Origin: an uncultured Candidatus Poseidoniales archaeon
GTDB taxonomy: Archaea > Thermoplasmatota > Poseidoniia > Poseidoniales > Thalassarchaeaceae
Direction of reading: 5' to 3'
NCBI GenBank assembly: GCA_964342715.1
Contig: CAYFGD010000003.1
Coordinates: forward strand, 1-35,216
DNA: 35,216 nucleotides
Part shown: positions 1 to 8,878 of the stretch, in pieces
Numbering within the stretch: position 1 is the first letter of the stretch
How the letters are laid out: each line of letters opens with the position of its first letter
Program-made: the position numbers and the translations under genes
The notes under the pieces: model-generated
What the model saw: the letters and a program-made list of their open reading frames with translations, nothing else
Database searches by the model: none
What the model was told of the DNA's origin: nothing

Positions 1-772
1 TGGTCCCCCTCTTGAACACGGGAATCGGCTTCATCTTGTGGGAATTGGCGCTGTTGAGCTGGAGGTACCTATCCATCACCTGTCTCTGCCTCTCAGTGAG
101 TTCTTTCCCCGATGGGCTTCCTATCTCCATCATTGCCCACTCCAATTCCTCGTATGTTGCACCCATCTGCTCCTCATCAGTTCTGCCGTCATCCCACAGG
201 CCGTCAGTGGGATCGGCATCCTGGATTTCCTGGATGATTCCAAGAGCCTTTGCCAGGGAGTAAACTTCTGATTTGTATAGGTCTGCGATTGGTGAAATGT
301 CGACTCCCCCGTCACCGTACTTCGTGAAGAAGCCGACTCCGAAGTCCTCGACCTTGTTACCAGTACCTACAACGATGCCGTTGATGGCGTCCATGCCTGC
401 TATGTTGTAGAGAGCTGCCATCCTAAGCCTAGCTCTAGAGTTTGCCAAGGTAAGTGGCGTATTGTAATTGCCGACTGCTCCTACAAAGGCATCGAATGTT
501 GCTGTAAGGTCGAAAGTATGATCGATGACATTTTGGAAGTTCGATTGGAGCCAAGAAATGTGACGATTGGATAGTTCCGTTTGCTCGGGGTTTTGATGGA
601 TCGGCATATTCAGTACATGGGTAGGCAGCCCGGTACGAGCAGAAAGTGTGGAGGTAACGGCTGAGTCAATTCCCCCTGACACTCCAATGACCAATGAGGA
701 AATACCGTTACTTTCAGCGTAATCTCTAATCCACGCAGTTATTTCATCAGCCAGAATAGTCCAATCTACCAA
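1..772 (-). CDS. nadE: NH3-dependent NAD+ synthetase (3' end runs off the window)
   Basis: Not in the ORF track. Manual minus-strand translation from TTG at 772 (GGTGAT SD-like element just upstream) gives MVDWTILADEITAWIRDYAESNGISSLVIGVSGGIDSAV...ANSRARLRM...GTGNKVEDFGVGFFTKYGDGGVDISPIADLYKSEV...PTDGLW. SGGIDS and TKYGDG are NadE motifs. Confidence 0.95.
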   Translation of the reverse strand, partial: MVDWTILADEITAWIRDYAESNGISSLVIGVSGGIDSAVTSTLSARTGLPTHVLNMPIHQNPEQTELSNRHISWLQSNFQNVIDHTFDLTATFDAFVGAVGNYNTPLTLANSRARLRMAALYNIAGMDAINGIVVGTGNKVEDFGVGFFTKYGDGGVDISPIADLYKSEVYSLAKALGIIQEIQDADPTDGLWDDGRTDEEQMGATYEELEWAMMEIGSPSGKELTERQRQVMDRYLQLNSANSHKMKPIPVFKRGT

Positions 773-783
773 ATTATCACCAC

Positions 784-1431
784 TCAATGACAGGCCACGC
801 CGTACTTCTTCAGCCGCCAGTAATTATATGGCCATGGAGTCAAGAATCCAGCTACCAGCATTGGCACAATTACCCACAAAGTAAGCTTGGCCCCTCCGGT
901 CAGAACGACATCAACAATATTCATCGCCGCTTCCATAGAAATCATCGAGATCAGGGACATCCCAATCGCAACTCTGAAAGCTTCCCTCAATGCCATTTGG
1001 GCTGACAGGATTATGGTCTCGAGAGCGATAGAGGTCATTATCCCGTTGAACATCGCAAGAAGCATAATCGACATTGTGGACCAACCAAGGGCATCAAGAT
1101 AGGGAATAAATTGGAATGCTGCAATGGTGCCAAAATCACCAATTGAACAACCGACCAGGCACCACTTCGTATTATGCGCAGACTGCCTCCATACTGGCCC
1201 ATCCGACCAGTCGAATGGCAGTTCCTCACCATCTACCGAGTAGCCCGAGGCTAGGATGGCCCTGACCAACAATTCCCTGTCCGCACCTCTGTGCTCCACG
1301 ACTGCCAATCCCGTTTCATGGGAAACCTCCACCGATGTCACTTCTGCTAGCGAGGAAAGCGCCGATGACACGTTTCCCGAACAGCCGGTGCAAGTCATGC
1401 CGCCAACCGAAAATGTGGTGGTTTCCGACAT
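784..1431 (-). CDS. Heavy-metal-associated (HMA) domain fused to a DUF4396-like membrane domain
   Basis: The N-terminal ~68 aa carry the GMTCTGC metal-binding loop of CopZ/HMA domains. The C-terminal part has WCLVGCSIGD, SMISMEAAMN and PWPYNYWRL plus about 4 hydrophobic helices, resembling DUF4396. Confidence 0.8.
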   Translation of the reverse strand: MSETTTFSVGGMTCTGCSGNVSSALSSLAEVTSVEVSHETGLAVVEHRGADRELLVRAILASGYSVDGEELPFDWSDGPVWRQSAHNTKWCLVGCSIGDFGTIAAFQFIPYLDALGWSTMSIMLLAMFNGIMTSIALETIILSAQMALREAFRVAIGMSLISMISMEAAMNIVDVVLTGGAKLTLWVIVPMLVAGFLTPWPYNYWRLKKYGVACH

Positions 1432-1466
1432 GGTTGGTCGTCTCGATTGACCTTATTGAATGCTAC

Positions 1467-1526
1467 TAAGGCGCCTTATCGCCCTTCGGGCGACCGAGTC
1501 ATATTCAATACGGCATCGTCGGTCGC
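1467..1526. promoter_or_regulatory. Divergent promoter region with dyad elements between the HMA gene and ileS
   Basis: Perfect palindrome TAAGGCGCCTTA (1467-1478), hairpin TCGCCC-TTC-GGGCGA (1479-1493), and inverted repeat GCGACCGA (1490-1497)/TCGGTCGC (1519-1526) around AT-rich ATATTCAATA (1501-1510), about 25 nt before the ileS ATG. Confidence 0.4.
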
Positions 1527-1533
1527 ATTGCCA

Positions 1534-4500
1534 ATGGGAGTGCCTGAGCCAGCCGGAGACCTCGACCCCGTATCCCTAGAGAATTCTCTAATCGGACTAT
1601 GGGCGAGCGAGGGGACGTTCGCCCGTTCGATTGATTCTAGAAGGGCGTCTGGTAGTACATTCACTTTCCTCGAGGGACCCCCAACTGCAAATGGTAAGCC
1701 TGGCATCCACCACGTCATCTCCAGGCTGTTCAAGGACATGGTTTGCAGGTGGAAAACGATGGAGGGGCATGTGGTCGAGAGGAAGGCTGGATGGGACACT
1801 CACGGACTCCCGGTCGAGATCGAGGTGCAAAAGCAACTAGACCTCATGTCGAATGAGGCCATAGAAGAATATGGGATGGAAGCTTTCAATCAGAAGTGCA
1901 AGGAGAGTGTGTGGACATACGAGGAAGCATGGAGGGAGATGACGGAGAGGATGGCATTCTGGGTGGACATGGATAACCCATATGTCACGCTTCACGACGA
2001 ATACATCGAGTCCGCATGGTGGTCACTGAAGCAGATGTTCGAAAAGGGGCTTCTTTTCCGTGGTCACAAGGTCCTGCCGTATTGCCCCCAAACAGGTACT
2101 AGTTATTCTAGTCACGAGGTCTCCCTAGGCTACAAGGAGGTGTCGGAGCCAGCCGTCTTTGTCAAATTCCAACTAGTGGATGATGGGGCTAGTGTGCTGG
2201 CATGGACCACCACCCCCTGGACTCTTCCGGGGAACGTTGGTCTAGCAGTGGGCCCGGATGTAACATACTGCAGGGTCCGCATCACTGCTGAACCCTCCAA
2301 GGGCTGGGAAGGCAGAGGCGGGGCAAAGGTCGGTGAAGAGCTGATCCTTGCTAAGGACCTATTGAGTACAGTGCTTAGGAACCAGGTCGAAGTCGTTTCA
2401 GAATTCCCTGGCTCTGAATTGATTGGTAATTCGTACAAGCCACTCTTCCCCGGGGCGATAGACGGCTCGGGCCACGAGAGTGCTTGGACCATAGTTGGTG
2501 CTGATTTCGTGACCACGACCGATGGAACTGGCGTTGTTCACACCGCTGTAATGTACGGAGAGGACGACTACAGGCTTGGGATGGAAGTTGGATTCCCTGC
2601 ACAACACACCGTTGGCATGGATGGAAAATTCGTTTCTGGGACGCATGAAATCCTAGACGGGAAGTACGTGAAGGACTGTGACGATCCGATAATCGACTTG
2701 CTGGACGGGAAGGGTCAGCTATACAGGGAGCAAGAATACACGCACGACTACCCTCACTGCTGGAGAACGGATCATCCATTGCTGTACTACGCGATGGACA
2801 GTTGGTTCGTCAGAATGACCGCTGTAAAGGAACAAATCCTCCAATACAACTCAGAAGTTGAGTGGGCCCCTGAGTGGACTGGCAGTAAAAGGATGGGGGA
2901 GTGGCTTTCCAACATCAAGGATTGGGCCATTAGCCGAGAAAGGTATTGGGGGACCCCGATTCCAGTTTGGATTTGTCCCGAATGCGGAAACGAACATTGT
3001 GTTGGCAGTATTGAAGAGATGGCTTCAATGAAAACCAGTTCTTCGCCTATGCCCCCAGAGCTCCATAGGCCGTATGTAGACGATGTATTGCTTCACTGTA
3101 CTGCTGAGGGCTGCAATGGCGAGATGGTGAGGGAGCCCTATGTCATGGATTGCTGGTTTGACTCGGGCTGCGCCACTTTTGCTCAGTGGCACTATCCGTT
3201 TGAAAGGGAGGAGAAGTTCGAAGGAGCTTTTCCCGTGGACTACATTTGCGAAGCGGTCGACCAGACTAGGGGTTGGTTCTACTCCCTACTAGCGGTATCA
3301 ACTACGGTTTTCGACAGCATCTGCTACAAGAGATGCCTATCTTTGGGCCACATCTTGGACAAGGAAGGCAAGAAAATGAGTAAGTCAAAGGGCAACGTGG
3401 TGAATCCATGGGACCACTTCAACAAGGAGGGTGCGGATTCAATCCGCTGGTACATGACAACCCAGAGCGCCCCATGGTCCCCCACGAATTTCGACCCGAA
3501 TGGAGTCAGGGAGTCTTATGCCAAGATGTTCCTTACCCTGTGGAACGTATATCGGTTCCATGCCGACTATGCCGCTCTGGATGGTTTCGACCCTGAGAAT
3601 GAAGAGTCTTACGTGCCGGTTTCTGAAAGGAGCCCGTTAGATCGTTGGATCCTATCGAGGGTTGCTTCTATGTCTGAAGAGTACCACAACCACTTCGTGA
3701 CTTGGGACTTTCACAAGGGGGGGAGGGAGCTTGAGGCGTTCGTGGTCAACGATCTATCGAACTGGTATGTCAGGAGGTCCAGGAGGCGTCTCTGGGATGA
3801 AGGCGAGAGTTCGGACAAGAGGTCATGCCAGCACACCCTGCATGAGGTCTTGTTGATTGTTTGCAGGCTGATGGCACCAGTATCACCTTTCATTCCCGAT
3901 CAGATCCACAGGGGACTCACAGGATCCTCGGTGCACTTGGCTGATTGGCCAGTAGGCTCTGAGTTGGTCGAGAGGAGCCTTCCGCCTACAGACGGCATTC
4001 TTGAGAGGGAGATGGATCTGGTCAGGTCGCTGGCAGAGACTGGGAGGCGAGTCAGGGTCGAGGCGGGGAGAAGGCAGAGGCTCCCATGCAGGAGTGGTTG
4101 GATTGTCGGGGGCCCTGACATCTCCCGGTTCCATGAGATCCTTGCAGAGGAATTGAATGTAGAGGAATTGACCACAGAAGACGATTTAGACAGATTCCAG
4201 AAAATCGAAGTTCACCCCAATAGGAAGGCCCTGGGTGCAAAGTGTAGAGGTGATCTGCCAGCAGTCCTCTCTGAAATACAGAGTGCTGAACCGGAGGCCC
4301 TACTTCTTGAGATAGAAGCCGGAATAGCCGCTCTTGCTGGATACGAAATTACTTCAGATGACATAGATATCAGGAGGGTAGAGAAAGATGGTTACGCGGC
4401 TTCTACCCTGTCTGAATACGGGGATGTCTCTCTGGTCCTTGACATGGGCATTGACGACGAACTACTTTCCAAGGGCCTTGCTAGGGACATCATAAGGAGG

Positions 4501-4713
4501 GTGCAAGCGAAAAGGAAGGATCTAGACCTCGAAATCGAAGCCACAATATCGCTTTCTGTTTGGACTGATGGATTGGATCTCCACGAGGGAGACTGGAAAA
4601 GACTGGTTTCTGAGACCCGAGCTAGTAATTTCTCAATGAATGAGGGAGAGTTCCCCGCTGATTCCGAAAAATTCGATGTTGACGGGGTTTCCGTTAGATT
4701 TGTCATATCCTAG
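1534..4713 (+). CDS. ileS: Isoleucine--tRNA ligase (type 2, archaeal/eukaryote-like)
   Basis: EGPPTANG, GWDTHGLP, WTTTPWTLP editing motif, DWAISRERYWG, DQTRGWF and KMSKS. The signature reads GIHH. Start moved from TTG 1447 to ATG 1534 (MGVPEP). Confidence 0.97.
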   Translation: MGVPEPAGDLDPVSLENSLIGLWASEGTFARSIDSRRASGSTFTFLEGPPTANGKPGIHHVISRLFKDMVCRWKTMEGHVVERKAGWDTHGLPVEIEVQKQLDLMSNEAIEEYGMEAFNQKCKESVWTYEEAWREMTERMAFWVDMDNPYVTLHDEYIESAWWSLKQMFEKGLLFRGHKVLPYCPQTGTSYSSHEVSLGYKEVSEPAVFVKFQLVDDGASVLAWTTTPWTLPGNVGLAVGPDVTYCRVRITAEPSKGWEGRGGAKVGEELILAKDLLSTVLRNQVEVVSEFPGSELIGNSYKPLFPGAIDGSGHESAWTIVGADFVTTTDGTGVVHTAVMYGEDDYRLGMEVGFPAQHTVGMDGKFVSGTHEILDGKYVKDCDDPIIDLLDGKGQLYREQEYTHDYPHCWRTDHPLLYYAMDSWFVRMTAVKEQILQYNSEVEWAPEWTGSKRMGEWLSNIKDWAISRERYWGTPIPVWICPECGNEHCVGSIEEMASMKTSSSPMPPELHRPYVDDVLLHCTAEGCNGEMVREPYVMDCWFDSGCATFAQWHYPFEREEKFEGAFPVDYICEAVDQTRGWFYSLLAVSTTVFDSICYKRCLSLGHILDKEGKKMSKSKGNVVNPWDHFNKEGADSIRWYMTTQSAPWSPTNFDPNGVRESYAKMFLTLWNVYRFHADYAALDGFDPENEESYVPVSERSPLDRWILSRVASMSEEYHNHFVTWDFHKGGRELEAFVVNDLSNWYVRRSRRRLWDEGESSDKRSCQHTLHEVLLIVCRLMAPVSPFIPDQIHRGLTGSSVHLADWPVGSELVERSLPPTDGILEREMDLVRSLAETGRRVRVEAGRRQRLPCRSGWIVGGPDISRFHEILAEELNVEELTTEDDLDRFQKIEVHPNRKALGAKCRGDLPAVLSEIQSAEPEALLLEIEAGIAALAGYEITSDDIDIRRVEKDGYAASTLSEYGDVSLVLDMGIDDELLSKGLARDIIRRVQAKRKDLDLEIEATISLSVWTDGLDLHEGDWKRLVSETRASNFSMNEGEFPADSEKFDVDGVSVRFVIS

Positions 4714-6173
4714 AACATTGGAGTCTGGGAAATATACTCTATTGGAAGCATTAGCTCCAATCCGAAAAGTGGGTCTGGATCCGATGAGTCGTGATATGCA
4801 ATGAAGGAGCCTCCATCCGGTAGGATCCCCATACTGGCGAAGTCGAACCTGATGTCGTTTCCAGCGCCAGAAGTGGAGTCTAGGTCACCTAGTCCCAAGT
4901 ATGTCCTGTAGTCCGGGAGCATGCTATCTGAGAAGTCCCTCACATGCCATGCCAGGTCGACGTCGGGGCCCGTAGAGCTCTGATAACGGACATTTAGGAC
5001 GAACAAATCGTGAACACCATTGGAGTGGAATTCCCATTCCTCCAATTCGATAGCCTCGGATGAGAGATTGTAGGATTGGTTACTCCAACTCTCCCCACCA
5101 TCCCATGAGATCATGTGTTTTAGGTTGGTTCCGCCTGCTGAAACGCAATGCAATGCAGTAGAGGAATCAAACGCACAGTACTGTGATGGGAGAGAAGACC
5201 CATTCAGGGTGACCCCGGTCCACCAATTGAGAGATGTGTCCAAGAATGCGTCTCTGCCATCAACGAAGTAGTCCGGGAAATATAGTCCGCCAGAAGGGAC
5301 GGGGAAAGCCCTCATCTCCTTGTGCGGCTTTGTGAAGTCCCATTCGGGGCCTAATTCCTGAGGATCCAAGTCAACCTCCATGAGATCGAGATTAGCGTCC
5401 CTGTCAGGGAAATCGAAATAATCGTAATTGAGCCCGTCAGTTGAAATCTGCCCCCCTATGTTCTGAACCTGATGCCAGAAGTTCGAAATCACTAGGCTGG
5501 CCCATGGCCCGTTGCCATACAACCCACCATTTATCGGGCCGACGACCTCCACTTGCCACGATCTGTCATAGAAAGGCTCGGGGGTCCTGTTGAAGCACCA
5601 ACTCCATTCCTTGTCGTCAGCATCGTAGAAGAAGGCATAGAACTGATCTGCCCCACTCGAACTTGGATATGGGAACCACCCCATGGATATCAGATCGCCA
5701 TTTGTCGCCTGTACAATGCTCCCCTCACCCAGGCCCTCCTGCCCGGGAACGGTAGGCTTCGGCTCCATGCACCCTATCTGCGAAAATACGGATGGCCTGT
5801 ACTCTTTCCAAGTATGGCCCCTATCCTCGGACCATGTTGGGTATTCCCCGCCAAAGTTTAGAATCCACCCTTCCTTAGTGGCAGCTAGATAGTGTTCACA
5901 GCAGTTCCCCCCTTCCACGTTTCCAAACACGGCCCACGAGGAGTTTCCCCATGTGTCATTTGAGAAGGGCTCCCCAGCCGTGAATGGCCTAACGCAGGGT
6001 GTGCTGGAGCATGAGTCAGTGTAACTGGATGGGGAATCGACGTATTCCATCCCCTCGTCCCAATCAGGGCCACTGTCTTCTGAGCCAATTACTTGACTGA
6101 AACACCCCGAAAGTGAGGTGCTAGCGAGCATTATGGCAACAAGGGCCACTTGCGCTGCCACGGCACGCCTCAT
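4710..6173 (-). CDS. Putative lipoprotein with Asp-box (BNR) repeats, sialidase-like beta-propeller
   Basis: Signal peptide ends in the lipobox LSGC. Two Asp-box motifs (WSEDRGHTW, SWDGGESW). Acidic, aromatic-rich composition. Confidence 0.6.
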   Translation of the reverse strand: MRRAVAAQVALVAIMLASTSLSGCFSQVIGSEDSGPDWDEGMEYVDSPSSYTDSCSSTPCVRPFTAGEPFSNDTWGNSSWAVFGNVEGGNCCEHYLAATKEGWILNFGGEYPTWSEDRGHTWKEYRPSVFSQIGCMEPKPTVPGQEGLGEGSIVQATNGDLISMGWFPYPSSSGADQFYAFFYDADDKEWSWCFNRTPEPFYDRSWQVEVVGPINGGLYGNGPWASLVISNFWHQVQNIGGQISTDGLNYDYFDFPDRDANLDLMEVDLDPQELGPEWDFTKPHKEMRAFPVPSGGLYFPDYFVDGRDAFLDTSLNWWTGVTLNGSSLPSQYCAFDSSTALHCVSAGGTNLKHMISWDGGESWSNQSYNLSSEAIELEEWEFHSNGVHDLFVLNVRYQSSTGPDVDLAWHVRDFSDSMLPDYRTYLGLGDLDSTSGAGNDIRFDFASMGILPDGGSFIAYHDSSDPDPLFGLELMLPIEYISQTPMF

Positions 6174-6271
6174 GAGTATGGGTTAGCAGAGAGCTATTTC
6201 GCACTTCGCACCTGATGCGTCTTCGTCGTAGGGCGGTGGGGTTCAAAACTGGAAGCGCTGCTTCGTTGGTC

Positions 6272-8875
6272 ATGCGCGCCTCTGTGATGACTGCCGCCCT
6301 CTTGATTGTAATAACCGGCTTAAGCCCGGGGATGCTGGCATCTGGTCAGAACACATCGGACGTTTCATCCTCCTCCGATTCGATTTACATCAACGAAATC
6401 TATGTCTCACCAAACAGTGAGGCGTATGGAGGGATAGACTGGAATGGAGATGGAGAGATTAGTCGCTACTCTAACCAGTTTGTCGAGTTGCACAATCCTT
6501 CCGAGGAGGCGATAGACATAGGGGGATGGTGGATCGACGACATAGCTGACGGCGGTTCGCCGATGTGCAGCATTGCTTGGGGCACAGTTATTGATTCCGG
6601 GGCATACCTAGTATTCTACAGGGCTCAGACGAACATAGAATTCGACTACTTCGCCGGAGACACAGTCTCGATCCTTGATGGATCTGGTTTCGTTGTTGAT
6701 TCTGTCAGCTATGAGGCCGAGGATTCCGATTACGGGATACCCTATGGATACGATTCGAGTGGCACTTGGGCGAAACTTTCGGATGGTAGCCCCACCCCGG
6801 GAGGGTCAAACAATGAGGAATGGGTAGGGGTTAACCACCTCATGGGGAATTGCTACCCTCCTCAAGACCACATACACAATGGACAGTATGTACTCGAAGG
6901 CAGAGTTGTCACAATGGTTTCCCAGGATGACGTTATTGACGATGGGAGAATATTGGTCAGAGATGGGATGATAGAAGCGGTATGGAGCTCCTCGGAGGAT
7001 GCCCCTGCTGCGGCTGAAGGCGTAGTACACGTGCCCACTAGTGGCACCATTTATCCCGGATTTGTGGATCCTCACAATCATGCGAAGTACAACCTCATAC
7101 CGTTGTGGGATCATGGAACTGATGGGTGGGACAATAGATACCAGTGGCAGTCATACTCCGGGTACGGTGATGCTAAGGACATTGGTTGCTCACTCTACGA
7201 CTCTTCAGCAATGAGATTTGCAGAATTGAGGGCGGTAGCTGGCGGCAATACCGCATTGCAGGGTAGTTCGACGTCGAACACGGATACTTTCGAGACAATG
7301 CTCGCTAGGAACATAGAGCTCTACAATTTTGGAGGGGACAACATCTGGACAAAGGTGACTGAATTAGAATCGAACTATGAGGGGAATCACATCAAGGATG
7401 GGAATTCATCGGGGAACCTTGACGCTTGGTTCATACACCTTGCCGAGGGGGTAGATGAGTCCAGCAGAGCGGAGTTTGACGTACTGGTTCAGAACGATCT
7501 GCTCGTGGGAGAAATAGTGGTAATCCATGGAACTGGCCTAACCCAACCGGAGTTCTCGGCTTTGGGGGACGTTGGGGGTAGCCTCGCTTGGTCGCCAACG
7601 TCCAATCTCCTGTTGTATGGTGAAACCACTGACATCGCTACGGCGAAGGCTGAAGGGGTCAACATCATGATAGGTCCAGATTGGTCGCCTTCGGGCTCAA
7701 AGAGTTCTTTGCATGAGCTCAAGACCGCTGACTGGTGGGACGAAAAAGTCCTTGGGAATATTTTCTCAGACTTCGAATTGTTGCAGACTATATCGACAAA
7801 TGTAGTAGATGCCATAGGTTGGTCGGAGTATACCGGGAGGATTCAAGAGGGCCTGGCTGCCGATTTAGTGGTTTTGGATACCTTCGAAGCGGATCCATAT
7901 CGTAACGCGATAAATGCGGTGGATCCGGATATCAGGCTAGTTGTTGTGGGCGGACTACCCGTTTTCGGGGACGTCGATATCATGCAAGCCATGGATAACG
8001 AGGTCGAGGTTATTGAGGGCGAAGGCTTCAGGAAAGCTACCGACATAACCTATGATGGAGTACCTGAGGCCCAGCAGACATACGCAGAGATGTTCGCCTA
8101 CCTGCAGGAATGCAATCAAGGAAAGAGCGTCCCAATAGAGTACCTTTTCACCCTAGGTGATGACCGATACTTCGATGTTCTGAATCGCTCACTGACATTC
8201 CAGAAGGATAGGACAATCGATCTGTGGTCAGATTACTACGACATTGAACTTGACGAAAACGGCCACAGGGTCGGCGGCACTGTTGGCGGTGCAGAACCGA
8301 TTGAGACTAATCTTACAGGAAACAATGGCAACGGCGGAAATAATGCTCCGACGACGCCTCCTCCTGACCTTCCAACAAGTTTCTCGACGTTCGGCCCCAG
8401 AGGTGGCTCCATTCCACATCCCACAACAATATCCGAAGGGATTCACATCGAAGAATGCGTTTCAGATGGGATCCCGGATGCCGTCGAGGGGGAAATGATA
8501 CTCTGCGGCTCCATTCTGGTGGTGATGCAGGATACCGATGAGTGCATCTCCTCGTGGTTCATGACCCAGTTCTGTAATCTTGAAGTGGCTGACTCATTTA
8601 CGGTTCCGGGAAGGATTTGCACCGACGCCCTAGTTCCAGCTTCGGATGAAGACTGGATGGAGTGCAGGCATGACGTCGTTTTCATGGAGTTTTCTTCCGA
8701 GGAGGCTTCCAATAATCATGAGGAGGGGGGCGCTGATGATGAGTCTTGGATGGATGGGCCGTTTTATTGGATAGCGATAATTGCCGCTTTAGCTGTGATT
8801 ATTGGTTCTGTGGCTACAATAAATAACAATTTGAGAGGGCGTGTTTTGGACGATTCAGGCATAGAGGAAGAGTAG
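6272..8875 (+). CDS. Secreted, C-terminally anchored lamin-tail-domain + metal-dependent amidohydrolase protein
   Basis: Signal peptide, then LTD motifs (IYINEIY, FVELHNP, IDIGGW, PTPGG), amidohydrolase motifs (PGFVDPHNH, IHLAEG, IHGTG, GPDWSPSG, GRIQEGLAADLVVL) and a C-terminal TM helix (WIAIIAALAVIIGSV). Start moved from 6215 to ATG 6272. Confidence 0.8.
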   Translation: MRASVMTAALLIVITGLSPGMLASGQNTSDVSSSSDSIYINEIYVSPNSEAYGGIDWNGDGEISRYSNQFVELHNPSEEAIDIGGWWIDDIADGGSPMCSIAWGTVIDSGAYLVFYRAQTNIEFDYFAGDTVSILDGSGFVVDSVSYEAEDSDYGIPYGYDSSGTWAKLSDGSPTPGGSNNEEWVGVNHLMGNCYPPQDHIHNGQYVLEGRVVTMVSQDDVIDDGRILVRDGMIEAVWSSSEDAPAAAEGVVHVPTSGTIYPGFVDPHNHAKYNLIPLWDHGTDGWDNRYQWQSYSGYGDAKDIGCSLYDSSAMRFAELRAVAGGNTALQGSSTSNTDTFETMLARNIELYNFGGDNIWTKVTELESNYEGNHIKDGNSSGNLDAWFIHLAEGVDESSRAEFDVLVQNDLLVGEIVVIHGTGLTQPEFSALGDVGGSLAWSPTSNLLLYGETTDIATAKAEGVNIMIGPDWSPSGSKSSLHELKTADWWDEKVLGNIFSDFELLQTISTNVVDAIGWSEYTGRIQEGLAADLVVLDTFEADPYRNAINAVDPDIRLVVVGGLPVFGDVDIMQAMDNEVEVIEGEGFRKATDITYDGVPEAQQTYAEMFAYLQECNQGKSVPIEYLFTLGDDRYFDVLNRSLTFQKDRTIDLWSDYYDIELDENGHRVGGTVGGAEPIETNLTGNNGNGGNNAPTTPPPDLPTSFSTFGPRGGSIPHPTTISEGIHIEECVSDGIPDAVEGEMILCGSILVVMQDTDECISSWFMTQFCNLEVADSFTVPGRICTDALVPASDEDWMECRHDVVFMEFSSEEASNNHEEGGADDESWMDGPFYWIAIIAALAVIIGSVATINNNLRGRVLDDSGIEEE

Positions 8876-8878
8876 GTG

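Noticed and set aside
1447-1533. N-terminal extensions given by the ORF track for ileS and others (6215, 13543, 13611, 15448, 20971, 21486, 22360, 22473, 27388, 32070, 33208)
   Set aside because: The extensions overlap neighbouring genes or promoter-like DNA, and downstream ATGs match the expected family N-termini or coupled stop-start overlaps.
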